Source of the DNA: a virus
Lineage: Duplodnaviria > Caudoviricetes
Virus record (IMG/VR): IMGVR_UViG_3300005805_000265
Span: 1 to 33,457 of that record
Length of the DNA stretch: 33,457 nucleotides
Strand: one strand, 5' to 3'
Made by a program: the position numbers and the translations under genes. Below the pieces are notes generated by a model. The model worked only from the letters and a program-made list of their open reading frames with translations. It made no database searches and had not been told where the DNA came from. Positions 18,363 to 26,319 of the stretch are shown one piece after another (position 1 is the stretch's first letter; the number at the start of each line of letters is the position of its first letter).

Positions 18363-18379
18363 GGTTGCAGTAGGTATTT

Positions 18380-18492
18380 AGGCTAAAGGCTGAAGGCTGT
18401 TAGGTCAGAGGGGAGAAACCACGAAAGACACGAACGACACGAAAGGGTGAACCATCATTCCTTCTGTTCCTGAGTTCCTGATTTCCTGATTC
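18380..18492. repeat. composite spacer: AGGCTGA, CACGAA-type 9-mer x3, inverted AATCAGGA module
   Basis: 18380-18411 is identical to 32201-32232; 18453-18491 is identical to 17397-17435. Confidence 0.9.
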
Positions 18493-18513
18493 ATTTTCTT
18501 GAGCCTTTCAGAG

Positions 18514-18568
18514 TGGTCCTCGGACGGATCGTCATCCGACGCAGGGGGTTCGGACTCCCCGCCCGAGG
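18514..18568 (-). ncRNA. mini tRNA-like element ending in ACCA
   Basis: CCTCGGG/TCCGAGG stem plus A-CCA enclosing hairpins GGGG-AGTCCGAA-CCCC and CGGAT-GACG-ATCCG. Confidence 0.4.
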
Positions 18569-18572
18569 CAAA

Positions 18573-18863
18573 TTATTTCGAGAGGATTCGATCTTCGATC
18601 CGGCGGGTGCGCTGGTCGATCTGGGTCAGGGTCGCCATGGCGGCGGCCAGTACCTCGCGTCGCTGGGCGGCTTCGCTCTGGAGTTCCGAGAGTCGAGCAT
18701 CCTGGGATTCGTTCAGCTTCTCGACCCGCTCCATCCGGAGGGGGAGGGCTGAGTAGAGGCTGAAGAAGGTGAAGAGGGCGGCGGCTCCCGAGCAGGCGGC
18801 CACGGCCGAGAGGGCCAGCACCGCCGGGTGAGGGAGGGGTGAGGAGGCCGAGGCCGACATCAC
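18573..18863 (-). CDS. membrane-anchored coiled-coil protein (lysis-region hypothetical)
   Basis: N-terminal transmembrane segment followed by a coiled coil. Confidence 0.6.
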   Translation of the reverse strand: MMSASASSPLPHPAVLALSAVAACSGAAALFTFFSLYSALPLRMERVEKLNESQDARLSELQSEAAQRREVLAAAMATLTQIDQRTRRIEDRILSK

Positions 18864-19112
18864 TTAGTTCTGGTAGGCGACGACCGTTCCGCCGTGGAGT
18901 CGGATCTCGCTGAATAGCCCGCTCAGGACATGATTGGCGGGATAGGTCGGGGCGCTGCCGATCGTGGTGTCGGCGGCTCCGGTGACACTTCCTGTCAGGG
19001 TGTGGAACTGGGCCGGGGTGACGACCCGGATCTCGCGCCACGATCCGGTGACGGAGGTGGTGCCGGTGATGACTTGGCCGACTGCTGCTGGGAATTGGTC
19101 TCTGGCGGACAT
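18864..19112 (-). CDS. small structural protein (hypothetical)
   Basis: 82-aa beta-rich ORF in the late operon. Confidence 0.65.
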   Translation of the reverse strand: MSARDQFPAAVGQVITGTTSVTGSWREIRVVTPAQFHTLTGSVTGAADTTIGSAPTYPANHVLSGLFSEIRLHGGTVVAYQN

Positions 19113-19132
19113 AGATGTTTAGGGGTTAAGAC

Positions 19133-19243
19133 TCACAGGGATGAAGGGGATGAATGGGATGGAAGGAAATTATGAAGGATGAAGGATGAAGTATGAAAAC
19201 TTGCAGCTTGCTGGCTCTCGACTCTCGACTTTCGACTCTCGAC
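19133..19243. repeat. composite spacer: GGGATGAAG 9-mer, GATGAAG 7-mer, 33-bp CTCGAC unit
   Basis: 19133-19162, 19167-19197 and 19211-19243. Confidence 0.9.
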
Positions 19244-19252
19244 TCGGGCTGG

Positions 19253-19969
19253 CTATGCCACCCGTGCGCTCCACCTTCCTCCCATCCCTCCGATCTGGAG
19301 GCCGATCTTGTCGCTCTCGCGGATCAAGTGGCCCTCGGCGCGGTATTCCTCGTTGTTGGCCTTGTCGAGCTGGCCATCCTCGCGGAGGGCGTCGCTGGCG
19401 ACGGCGAGCTTGAGGTACTCGGCGAGGAGCTGGGGGACCGGGATCTGTTTCCAGTGTGTTCCCGTGGGAGGGGTGACAGCGGAATGGGCGATCAGTGCCT
19501 CGTAGCAGTGGCCGTCCGTGAACCGCACGATGTCCCCGGCGGCATAGGAAGTTGCCGCGCTCCATGACACCGCGCCGTACTGATAGGGACGGAGGCGATA
19601 GTGCACCCATACGTCAGTCACCGCGAGATCAGGGTCAAGCAGAATCCGCTCGTCGCGCAGGGAATATCCCACCTCCTTGGGGGTGAGTGTCTTGTCGGGG
19701 TCCTCCAGGTAGATCCCGAAGATCTCGCCGAAGGGCTCCTGACCCGCCTGCTCGTAGGAGAGATAGAGCGAGTCACCATCCAGCTCGGCAGTGCGCTGTT
19801 CGATCCGGCAGAGCTCGGGCCAGCGGTCCCACTCCCAGGCGATGGAGATGCGGGAGTTCAGGTACTCGGTGAGGGCGGCGCGGGTGGAGGTCTGGAGGGT
19901 GGCCGAGGGATCGAGGCCCATGCGGGCGGCGACACCGGTTAGGATCTTCTCGTAGGAGGTTGATTTCAC
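19253..19969 (-). CDS. head-tail adaptor (tail tubular protein A-like) with CBM5/12-like insert
   Basis: Helical N-terminus with WEWDRWPE; WSAATSYAAGDIVRFTDGHCY insert; C-terminal ASDALREDGQ; GTG start. Confidence 0.7.
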   Translation of the reverse strand: MKSTSYEKILTGVAARMGLDPSATLQTSTRAALTEYLNSRISIAWEWDRWPELCRIEQRTAELDGDSLYLSYEQAGQEPFGEIFGIYLEDPDKTLTPKEVGYSLRDERILLDPDLAVTDVWVHYRLRPYQYGAVSWSAATSYAAGDIVRFTDGHCYEALIAHSAVTPPTGTHWKQIPVPQLLAEYLKLAVASDALREDGQLDKANNEEYRAEGHLIRESDKIGLQIGGMGGRWSARVA

Positions 19970-20126
19970 AGGGATGAAGGGGATGAAGGGGATGGGAGAA
20001 AATTATGAAGGATGAAGGATGAAGGCTGAGGGGATTGAATATGGAACTCAGGAACTCAGGAAAGGGATGAGCAAACGGAAAACTTGAAACCAGAGTCAGA
20101 AATCTCTGCGCCTCTGCGCCTCTGCG
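19966..20126. repeat. composite spacer: GGGATGAAG, GATGAAG, GGAACTCA, GAAACCT-like, inverted CGCAGAGG
   Basis: Five module types in about 160 bp. Confidence 0.9.
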
Positions 20127-20130
20127 GGAG

Positions 20131-20355
20131 TCATCGGTTTAGAATGTACGCCAATCCGACGGCGATCATCACGACGGCTCCGGTGATTTGGCTGTCTTCC
20201 CTGATGCCGCGCTTGACGAGCTCCGTCCTGGTCTCGTTGTACGCGATCATGTGGAGAACGGTGCCGGGGTAGCGTGTCTCCCGGGCGGCCCATACCCGGC
20301 CCTTGGCGATGGGGTAGCAGCGGAGGAAGAGCCGGAAATCGCGGAAGAGACTCAT
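20131..20355 (-). CDS. hypothetical protein
   Basis: 74-aa ATG ORF with C-terminal hydrophobic stretch, flanked by inverted CGCAGAGG modules. Confidence 0.55.
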   Translation of the reverse strand: MSLFRDFRLFLRCYPIAKGRVWAARETRYPGTVLHMIAYNETRTELVKRGIREDSQITGAVVMIAVGLAYILNR

Positions 20356-20369
20356 GGATGGGGAAGTTA

Positions 20370-20395
20370 TCGCGCAGAGGCGCAGAGGCGCAGAG
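20370..20395. repeat. 26-bp CGCAGAGG unit
   Basis: Exact copy of the unit. Confidence 0.9.
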
Positions 20396-20399
20396 AGGG

Positions 20400-20660
20400 T
20401 TATGCGGAGGCGAGTTGCTGGACGAGGGCTTTGAGTTGCTCCTGCTTGTCGCTGGGGAGAGTGGCGGCGAGGTCGAAGAAGGCGGCGTTCTCTTGCTTTA
20501 CGCGCTCGACTTCCTGCGCGTCGTAGCTGGCGAGGATTTCCTCCACGCGAGCGAGAAGGTAGGCTTCGGGGGTGGTCTGCTCGGCACCTTCGGCGGCGTT
20601 GAGTCGGGAGACGATGGCGGTCAGGCCGGAGAGTTTGTCGGGAGAGATGGAAAGATTCAC
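20400..20660 (-). CDS. hypothetical protein (possible fibre chaperone)
   Basis: 86-aa helical ORF with GTG start, downstream of the fibre gene. Confidence 0.6.
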   Translation of the reverse strand: MNLSISPDKLSGLTAIVSRLNAAEGAEQTTPEAYLLARVEEILASYDAQEVERVKQENAAFFDLAATLPSDKQEQLKALVQQLASA

Positions 20661-20690
20661 AGGGATGAAGGGGATGAAGGGGATTGGTGT

Positions 20691-20861
20691 TTAGGCTGAA
20701 GGTTCCTCGCTCGACTCGGCATTAGGCTTGATCGCGGCGGCTAGTGTCTCGATGGCTTGCTGTATGGCGATATAGCCAGCACGGGATATTTGGCCTTGGG
20801 CTTTTGGCTCCAGAGCTTCGGAGAGGAGTTGCAGGGCTTGTTCGGGTGTCATGTTTTGCAT
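20691..20861 (-). CDS. hypothetical protein (56 aa)
   Basis: Manual translation MQNMTPEQALQLLSEALEPKAQGQISRAGYIAIQQAIETLAAAIKP... Confidence 0.65.
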   Translation of the reverse strand: MQNMTPEQALQLLSEALEPKAQGQISRAGYIAIQQAIETLAAAIKPNAESSEEPSA

Positions 20862-20889
20862 AGGTGTTTAGGCTGAAGGCTGAAGGCTG

Positions 20890-22104
20890 TTAGGATAGAG
20901 TCAGGGAGGCGGAGCGCACGGTGCCATCGGTGCCGCGCATCTTGAAGGTGATGGAGGTGTCTGATGTCTGCTCAATGACGAGATCGCCGTTGCTGGCTGG
21001 GGTAACGGTTGTAGCGATGCCGCTACGCTGGATCACGTTGCGGACACGGAGATCGCGGAATGTTCCTGCCGTTCCGTTGTTGACTTCCACGACTCCTGCG
21101 GCGTTTCGGGAGAGGGCTGTATCGCGGGTTGCTCCAGCGTATGCCGAAGTCCAAGTATATGCTCCTCCTGAGGGAAGTCTGACAAATGCATTTGGTCCAG
21201 GAGTTCCTTCGACTATAAATCTTTCAAAATTCGATACCCCTAAAACAAGAGCATTTCCACTAGTGGCATCAAACCGAGAGATAATGGCTCCAGTGAAGGA
21301 TACTTGGCGAACCGCCCCCGTGCCGCCCGCCTCGGTGCCGATTTCGAGGACGTTGCTGTTCCAGCGCATGAAGCCGCGCTCGAAGTTGGAGGCGTCTGTG
21401 AACGTGTTGTAGAGCCGGAATGCCTGAGCATTCGTGCCGTTGCGCTGTGCGATAGCCTGAGGCGATGTGCTGTCTTGAACCAATGTGGAAAATACCGAGA
21501 CTCCGGGGTTAACAAAAGCCAATGACTGAGTGGACGGTATTTCAATACCGGCACCAGTCCCTGCGCCGAAGAAGAAACGTGTCACGCCACCAACAGAAAC
21601 ACCTACAGCACCGTCAATAGCCCCCGGAAAGAATACGGCTGAGTTCGACGAAGCATTCCTAAGCGTCAGAAATGGATTTGCGGACGTATAGGTTCCAGTT
21701 CCGTTTGAAACTAAAACCGATCCAGTTTTGGAAACACTAAACCGACTCGTCCCACTGACTCTGAAATCTGCGAGGAGAGACCCGGCATTGCTCGCCGTAT
21801 CGGTGACATTGAGCAGAATGCCCCTTGCAATGCCCGTGGTGTTCCAAGTTCCCGACAGATCGAGAAGCGGGGTCGTATTCGCGCCCGTGACGGAATAGGA
21901 AGCTGTCAGGGCCGAGGTATTCGCCGCCGCCGAGATCGTCTGGCCTGCCGTGAAATTGTTGTTGATGTTGTCGAGCGTGACGTTGGAGCTTAAACGTGCA
22001 TCGGCAAGCGTGCCGCTAGTCAGTAGCGAGGCGTCCGTGGTGGCACCTCCACCCGATCCGACGAGATCCAGCTTTCCCGTGATGGGGTTGAATTGGTAGC
22101 CCAT
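20890..22104 (-). CDS. tail fibre / spike protein
   Basis: FNPITGKLDLVG N-terminus, ASLLTSGTLADARLS, Gly/Thr/Asn-rich beta repeats (QRNGTNAQAFRLYNT, RNAAGVVEVNNGT). Confidence 0.75.
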   Translation of the reverse strand: MGYQFNPITGKLDLVGSGGGATTDASLLTSGTLADARLSSNVTLDNINNNFTAGQTISAAANTSALTASYSVTGANTTPLLDLSGTWNTTGIARGILLNVTDTASNAGSLLADFRVSGTSRFSVSKTGSVLVSNGTGTYTSANPFLTLRNASSNSAVFFPGAIDGAVGVSVGGVTRFFFGAGTGAGIEIPSTQSLAFVNPGVSVFSTLVQDSTSPQAIAQRNGTNAQAFRLYNTFTDASNFERGFMRWNSNVLEIGTEAGGTGAVRQVSFTGAIISRFDATSGNALVLGVSNFERFIVEGTPGPNAFVRLPSGGAYTWTSAYAGATRDTALSRNAAGVVEVNNGTAGTFRDLRVRNVIQRSGIATTVTPASNGDLVIEQTSDTSITFKMRGTDGTVRSASLTLS

Positions 22105-22106
22105 GA

Positions 22107-22481
22107 CTAGCTCTTGGTGACGCTGACGAGATCGCTGCCGCTATAGGCCAACGTGAGTGTCGCAACCGTCGTGCCACTAGAACCACCCGACTTGTAGACC
22201 ACGGAGGTCAGGTTCCCCGATGTGTAGGAGAGCGAGATGTAATCATTCGGCGGGATTGCCATGCCTGCGATGGAGGCAGACGATGCCTTAATGAGTGCCG
22301 TGTCTGCGGCCTGCGTGGTCAGCAACGCATTGGTGGTGTCCTGCTTGGCCTCGATCTGGTCGGTGTTGAGATTGAGGGAGTCGAGCTGGACGCCTCCGAT
22401 CTGGAGTTTGCCAGCGGCGTCAACCGCGACGGGGACTTTGTTGCCGGTCGGGTCTTTGCCGACGATGAGATTAGCGGACAT
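22107..22481 (-). CDS. structural protein (fibre/head decoration-like)
   Basis: DYISLSYTSGNLTSVVYKSGGSSGTTVATLTLAY, a beta domain common upstream of such fibre genes. Confidence 0.65.
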   Translation of the reverse strand: MSANLIVGKDPTGNKVPVAVDAAGKLQIGGVQLDSLNLNTDQIEAKQDTTNALLTTQAADTALIKASSASIAGMAIPPNDYISLSYTSGNLTSVVYKSGGSSGTTVATLTLAYSGSDLVSVTKS

Positions 22482-22499
22482 AGGGAGAGGGGGAAGTTC

Positions 22500-22657
22500 T
22501 CGCGCAGAGGCGCAGAGGCGCAGAGGAGAGAGATGGGGATTTCATTGTTTGGATTTAGCAGCCTCAAACATCGCAAGGATCTTTTGAGCCGGGGTGAGTT
22601 TCTTAAAAACGATTTTGGACTTCTTCATTTTCTCTGCGCCTCTGCGCCTCTGCGCGA
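22500..22657. repeat. perfect 26-bp inverted repeat pair
   Basis: 22500-22525 and 22632-22657. Confidence 0.9.
22542..22628 (-). CDS. 28-aa basic mini-ORF inside a 26-bp inverted-repeat pair
   Basis: MKKSKIVFKKLTPAQKILAMFEAAKSKQ; AT-rich; fills the space between the inverted repeats. Confidence 0.45.
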   Translation of the reverse strand: MKKSKIVFKKLTPAQKILAMFEAAKSKQ

Positions 22658-22660
22658 TCA

Positions 22661-24715
22661 TTAGTTCCCTTGGCCGAGGCTTTGCAGTGCCGGGACGGCG
22701 CCCATGCGTCCGATCTGGGCGTTCTGTTGTTGCTGCATCTGGAACTCGAAGCTCTGCACCCGTGCGTCGATCATCTTCCGGAAGATCTCGTCCTGCTGGT
22801 AGCGCTGGGTGACGGCGGGGTTGCTCTGGATGGTTTGCTGGAGGACTTGGAGGCGAACTTGGGGATTGCCACCTTCCTTGAGCGGGGGCTCGGCACCGGC
22901 GGCGATCTTGGTGAACTGGACCTGCTCATCCTCGGCCTCGGCCGCAGCGGCCACTCCGGCATCCCGGACGAGGTTCTCTCCCAGGACGGGATCCACCGCT
23001 CCCATGATGAACTTGACCAGACCCGCACGGTCGATGACTCCAGCGACATCAAGGGGGATCGCCACCTTGGCGATGTAGTCGAGCTTCTTGCCAAGGAACT
23101 CGTTGTCGAGATCCCTGACATCGAAGTCGGCCTGAAGGTCAAACTGTCCCTGGATCTCCTCGCGTGATAGCTGGAACTTGCCGGGGAGCATCCCGACGAT
23201 CCGCTGGACCTGGGCGTCGGTGAGATACTGCTGCATGAGCTGGAGGGTCTGGGCCACGGCCAGCTTCATGTCAGTCAGGAAGCTATCGACCAAGTCCTGC
23301 TGGGCCAGCATGGTGCGGGCCGGGGCGATGGCGGCGGTGGCCCGTCCGAAATACTCATCCACGTCTCCACGGGTGGACTGCTCCACTTCGATGGTCCCCT
23401 TGTCAAAGGGAGGGGGCTCCATCCATCCGAACTCTCCGGGCCTGCGCTCGGGGATCTGGGTGCCGGGGCCGAAGACCAGCTCGATCTTCCCACGATTTGC
23501 CGGGACGCGGACGGGGGGCAAGATGGCGATGGAGGCGCGGTCGCTCCGGTAATCCCTTTGCGTCTTGATCTCCATCTGCTGGGTGGCGACCAGCTCGGGG
23601 ATGCCGCGTGACTCCAGGAGATTCCGACTGGTCCGCTCGCGGGGTAGCTCAATGAAGGGGAACTGGCCGTGCTCGTAGGGGGAGATGTCGTGCTTGGCGA
23701 CGAGGTCGGTGACGGCCGTATTCAAGACGGTGCATTCGACGCGGGTGGCTCCCTTGTCGTGGACCTTGCGGTAGAGGTGGAAGACTTCGATCAGATCTCG
23801 GTCGTTGTCGGTGAGGTGCTCGTTGTTGCGGAGGATGTTCCGGTTGACCCGTTGGGTCACCCCCTTCTGCTTCACGGCACGCTCGACCCACTCGGCGTCG
23901 TAGCCCTCGGTCAGCTCGCGCTCGCGCAGCTCCTCCTCGGTGATCAGCTCGCGGCGGGCGACCCATGGTGCCCTCTGGATCGACCAGCAGGAGGCGGGGA
24001 AGAGGATGTCCTCCAACGGCTCGAGGGCGACCCACTCGGGCTTGCTCTCAAAGATGTAGGGTGACTCATACTCGAAGATCCCCTTCTCGCGCAGGGCGCG
24101 GACGGCCGAGAGCTTCCCGGCCTCCTCGGCCAGCAGGCCCAGCATGGCGCGGGCGCTCTCCTCCTGAAGGGGGTCAAGGATCGCCTCGACCAGGGCGGCG
24201 GCGGCTCCGTCACCTTGCAGGGCGACATTCTGGATCTCCTCCAGGGTGATCGACTTCTTCTCGATGCGGGTGGTGGTCCTCCAGAAGATGCCCATGAAGG
24301 CCAGCCCGAAGGTCTCCCGGATCTGGAGCGCCAGCTCCACCTCGCGCCGGAGGTCGTCGAGGCAGTGGACCTTCATCATCCAGTTCAGAGCGGTCTGGAC
24401 GGCCTGCTTGATGATGGAGTCGCTCGACTCGACCGGCTGGACCTGCATCCTTGCCGAGAAGAAGGCCCGCTTGAGCAGACGGACGGTCTCGTTGATGATG
24501 GTGTCGGCCAGCCTGATCCGGCTGTCGGCGGCTCCGTCCCATGGGAAGGGCTTCCGGCCGAGCGAAGCCTGATGCTTGCGGCCATCCTCGCTCTGACCCG
24601 CCCAGAGGCAGAAGCGGGTGTTGAAGTTCTCGACCTTCCGCCCGTAGTAGTAGGAGGCATCGGTCTCCGCCTGGGAGATCTCGGAGAGAAGGGTGGAGAT
24701 TTGGGAACGATCCAT
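22661..24715 (-). CDS. portal protein (podovirus-type)
   Basis: 684 aa; PFPWDGAADSRI, HGQFPFIEL, SRGIPEL motifs; Gln-rich C-terminus. Confidence 0.85.
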   Translation of the reverse strand: MDRSQISTLLSEISQAETDASYYYGRKVENFNTRFCLWAGQSEDGRKHQASLGRKPFPWDGAADSRIRLADTIINETVRLLKRAFFSARMQVQPVESSDSIIKQAVQTALNWMMKVHCLDDLRREVELALQIRETFGLAFMGIFWRTTTRIEKKSITLEEIQNVALQGDGAAAALVEAILDPLQEESARAMLGLLAEEAGKLSAVRALREKGIFEYESPYIFESKPEWVALEPLEDILFPASCWSIQRAPWVARRELITEEELRERELTEGYDAEWVERAVKQKGVTQRVNRNILRNNEHLTDNDRDLIEVFHLYRKVHDKGATRVECTVLNTAVTDLVAKHDISPYEHGQFPFIELPRERTSRNLLESRGIPELVATQQMEIKTQRDYRSDRASIAILPPVRVPANRGKIELVFGPGTQIPERRPGEFGWMEPPPFDKGTIEVEQSTRGDVDEYFGRATAAIAPARTMLAQQDLVDSFLTDMKLAVAQTLQLMQQYLTDAQVQRIVGMLPGKFQLSREEIQGQFDLQADFDVRDLDNEFLGKKLDYIAKVAIPLDVAGVIDRAGLVKFIMGAVDPVLGENLVRDAGVAAAAEAEDEQVQFTKIAAGAEPPLKEGGNPQVRLQVLQQTIQSNPAVTQRYQQDEIFRKMIDARVQSFEFQMQQQQNAQIGRMGAVPALQSLGQGN

Positions 24716-24725
24716 GGGGAAAAGG

Positions 24726-24867
24726 GAAAGGCGAAAGGCGAAAGGCGAAAGGCTGAAGGCTGAAGGCTGAAGGAGTTGAATCAGGAAATCAGGAAATCAG
24801 GAACTGAAGGGATGATTGTGATGGAATGGGATTTCTGGCCCTCGACTCTCGACTCTCGACCCTCGAC
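24726..24867. repeat. composite spacer: AAAGGCG x3, AGGCTGA x3, AATCAGGA module, 33-bp CTCGAC unit
   Basis: 24726-24773, 24778-24816 and 24835-24867. Confidence 0.92.
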
Positions 24868-25191
24868 TCATCTTGTTATCCTTATCTTCCTCTCCGCCTT
24901 GGGTGCGGCGCAGTGGGGGTTCTTCTTGAGGAAGTCGGCTCGGAAGCCCTTGTCCTGCCAGCAGCCGCGCTCTTTCCACTGCCAGTAGTAGTAGGCGTCG
25001 GCGTCCACGCTCATGGTGTGCTGGCCGATCCCCTCGATCATGGCGCTCTGGATGCGGGAGTTGGCCTCGGCGACCTGACGCTGGCGGATCTCGGCCATGA
25101 CGGCGGAGGCGTGCCAGCCGGAGTAGAGCTCCTTCTTGATGAGGTCAAGCACCTCGGGATCGTCGATCCCTATGTTCTCTTCAGTAATCAT
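24868..25191 (-). CDS. hypothetical head-associated protein
   Basis: 107 aa directly after the capsid gene; CWQDKGFRADFLKKNP. Confidence 0.7.
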   Translation of the reverse strand: MITEENIGIDDPEVLDLIKKELYSGWHASAVMAEIRQRQVAEANSRIQSAMIEGIGQHTMSVDADAYYYWQWKERGCWQDKGFRADFLKKNPHCAAPKAERKIRITR

Positions 25192-25210
25192 CCCCTGTGT
25201 GATCTGGCTG

Positions 25211-25240
25211 GGATGCTCCCCCCATGACAGGGGAGCATCC
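25211..25240 (-). terminator. stem-loop after the capsid gene (terminator or mRNA stabiliser)
   Basis: GGATGCTCCCC / GGGGAGCATCC 11-bp perfect stem with outer extension; no U-tract. Confidence 0.5.
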
Positions 25241-25257
25241 GGTGTCAGACCACCCGA

Positions 25258-26277
25258 TTAGGAAGCGGTCGAAGCGATCTTTCCAAACCCGCGAGGGGCA
25301 TGGACTACGAGGCCAGCGATGGCGTCGATGATGCCACGGGGTCCACCGCCGCGATCCTCAAGCTCGCGGAAGGCGGGACGGCGGCCGTAGCGCACCTCGA
25401 CCATCTCGGGGTCGATGATGTATCCACGGCGGCTCTGAACCGCTGCGTTCCCGTCCTGGGCCAGAAGCAAGGAAGGGAGGAGCTGGGTCGATCCAAAGTC
25501 ACCCTCGAAAAGATCGATCGTCGAAACGATTTTCTTTTCGGAGGCGTTCTGGTTGTAGGTCTTGACGTTCAAGGCCACGTTGGCCGAGCCAGCCTGAGTG
25601 CGGGTGAACTCCGTGAAGCGGCGCTTCAGGGTCGGGCCGCAGAGCAGCACGAGGTTCTTCACCGTGCCGGTCTGCTCGTAGATCGCCTGAAGCAGGTTCT
25701 GGATGCTGCCCTCGGTGATCGAGTCAGTGGCGGTCGTGCTGATCGCACCGGCCACGGAGCGGTAGTCGCTCGGGACGGGGAGATCTGCGGTGGCCGTGGA
25801 GGAAATCCAGGCGCCCAATCCCCTCGTGCGGTACGGGGTACTGGCTCCGCTCTGCTGGACGCTGTCGCTGTCCGAGCAGAAGGCGGCCTCGATGTCGCGG
25901 CCGAGTTCCTCGATGGACTTGGCAGCACCACGGGCCATCTCCTTCTTGCGGCCGACACCGGCGACATCGGAGATGTTCGCGGCGAAGTCGTCCACCATGA
26001 TGGAGCGGCGGAACTTCTGGCAACGGCCGGAGAGCTTCGCACGCTGGGCGGCGGGGGAGTCCCACGCGGAGACGTCGTCACCGGCCATGACGCCGGAGAA
26101 GGAGGGGGCATTGTAGCCGTCGGCTTGCCAGGAGAAGACGTCGGGGTTGACGAGTTCGGCACCCTTCTTGGCGAGGGCGAGGAGGGGCTTGCTCTTGGCG
26201 TCGACCACAGCGATAAGGTCGCTCAGGTCTTCGCGCAGGCCCTTGGGGATCTGTTCATTGATGGTGAGTAGGGGCAT
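25258..26277 (-). CDS. major capsid protein (SU10/DUF5309-like, HK97 fold)
   Basis: GLREDLSDLIAVVD, FSWQAD, ELGRDIEAAF, YRTRGLGAWI, FEGDFG; follows the scaffold gene. Confidence 0.85.
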   Translation of the reverse strand: MPLLTINEQIPKGLREDLSDLIAVVDAKSKPLLALAKKGAELVNPDVFSWQADGYNAPSFSGVMAGDDVSAWDSPAAQRAKLSGRCQKFRRSIMVDDFAANISDVAGVGRKKEMARGAAKSIEELGRDIEAAFCSDSDSVQQSGASTPYRTRGLGAWISSTATADLPVPSDYRSVAGAISTTATDSITEGSIQNLLQAIYEQTGTVKNLVLLCGPTLKRRFTEFTRTQAGSANVALNVKTYNQNASEKKIVSTIDLFEGDFGSTQLLPSLLLAQDGNAAVQSRRGYIIDPEMVEVRYGRRPAFRELEDRGGGPRGIIDAIAGLVVHAPRGFGKIASTAS

Positions 26278-26319
26278 TTTGGTTGGTTGGTTGTTCGGAG
26301 TCGGCGGGGGTAGTTGTGC

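Noticed and set aside
18544-18560. Plus-strand T-loop (GGGGG-TTCGGACT-CCCC) of a tRNA/tmRNA
   Set aside because: The loop has 8 nt and the closing stem needs an A-C mismatch on plus but a G-U pair on minus, where ACCA also follows; reported on the minus strand instead.
14331-22104. Diversity-generating retroelement or invertase-driven fibre switching
   Set aside because: No reverse transcriptase, no template/variable repeat pair and no serine invertase seen in the window.
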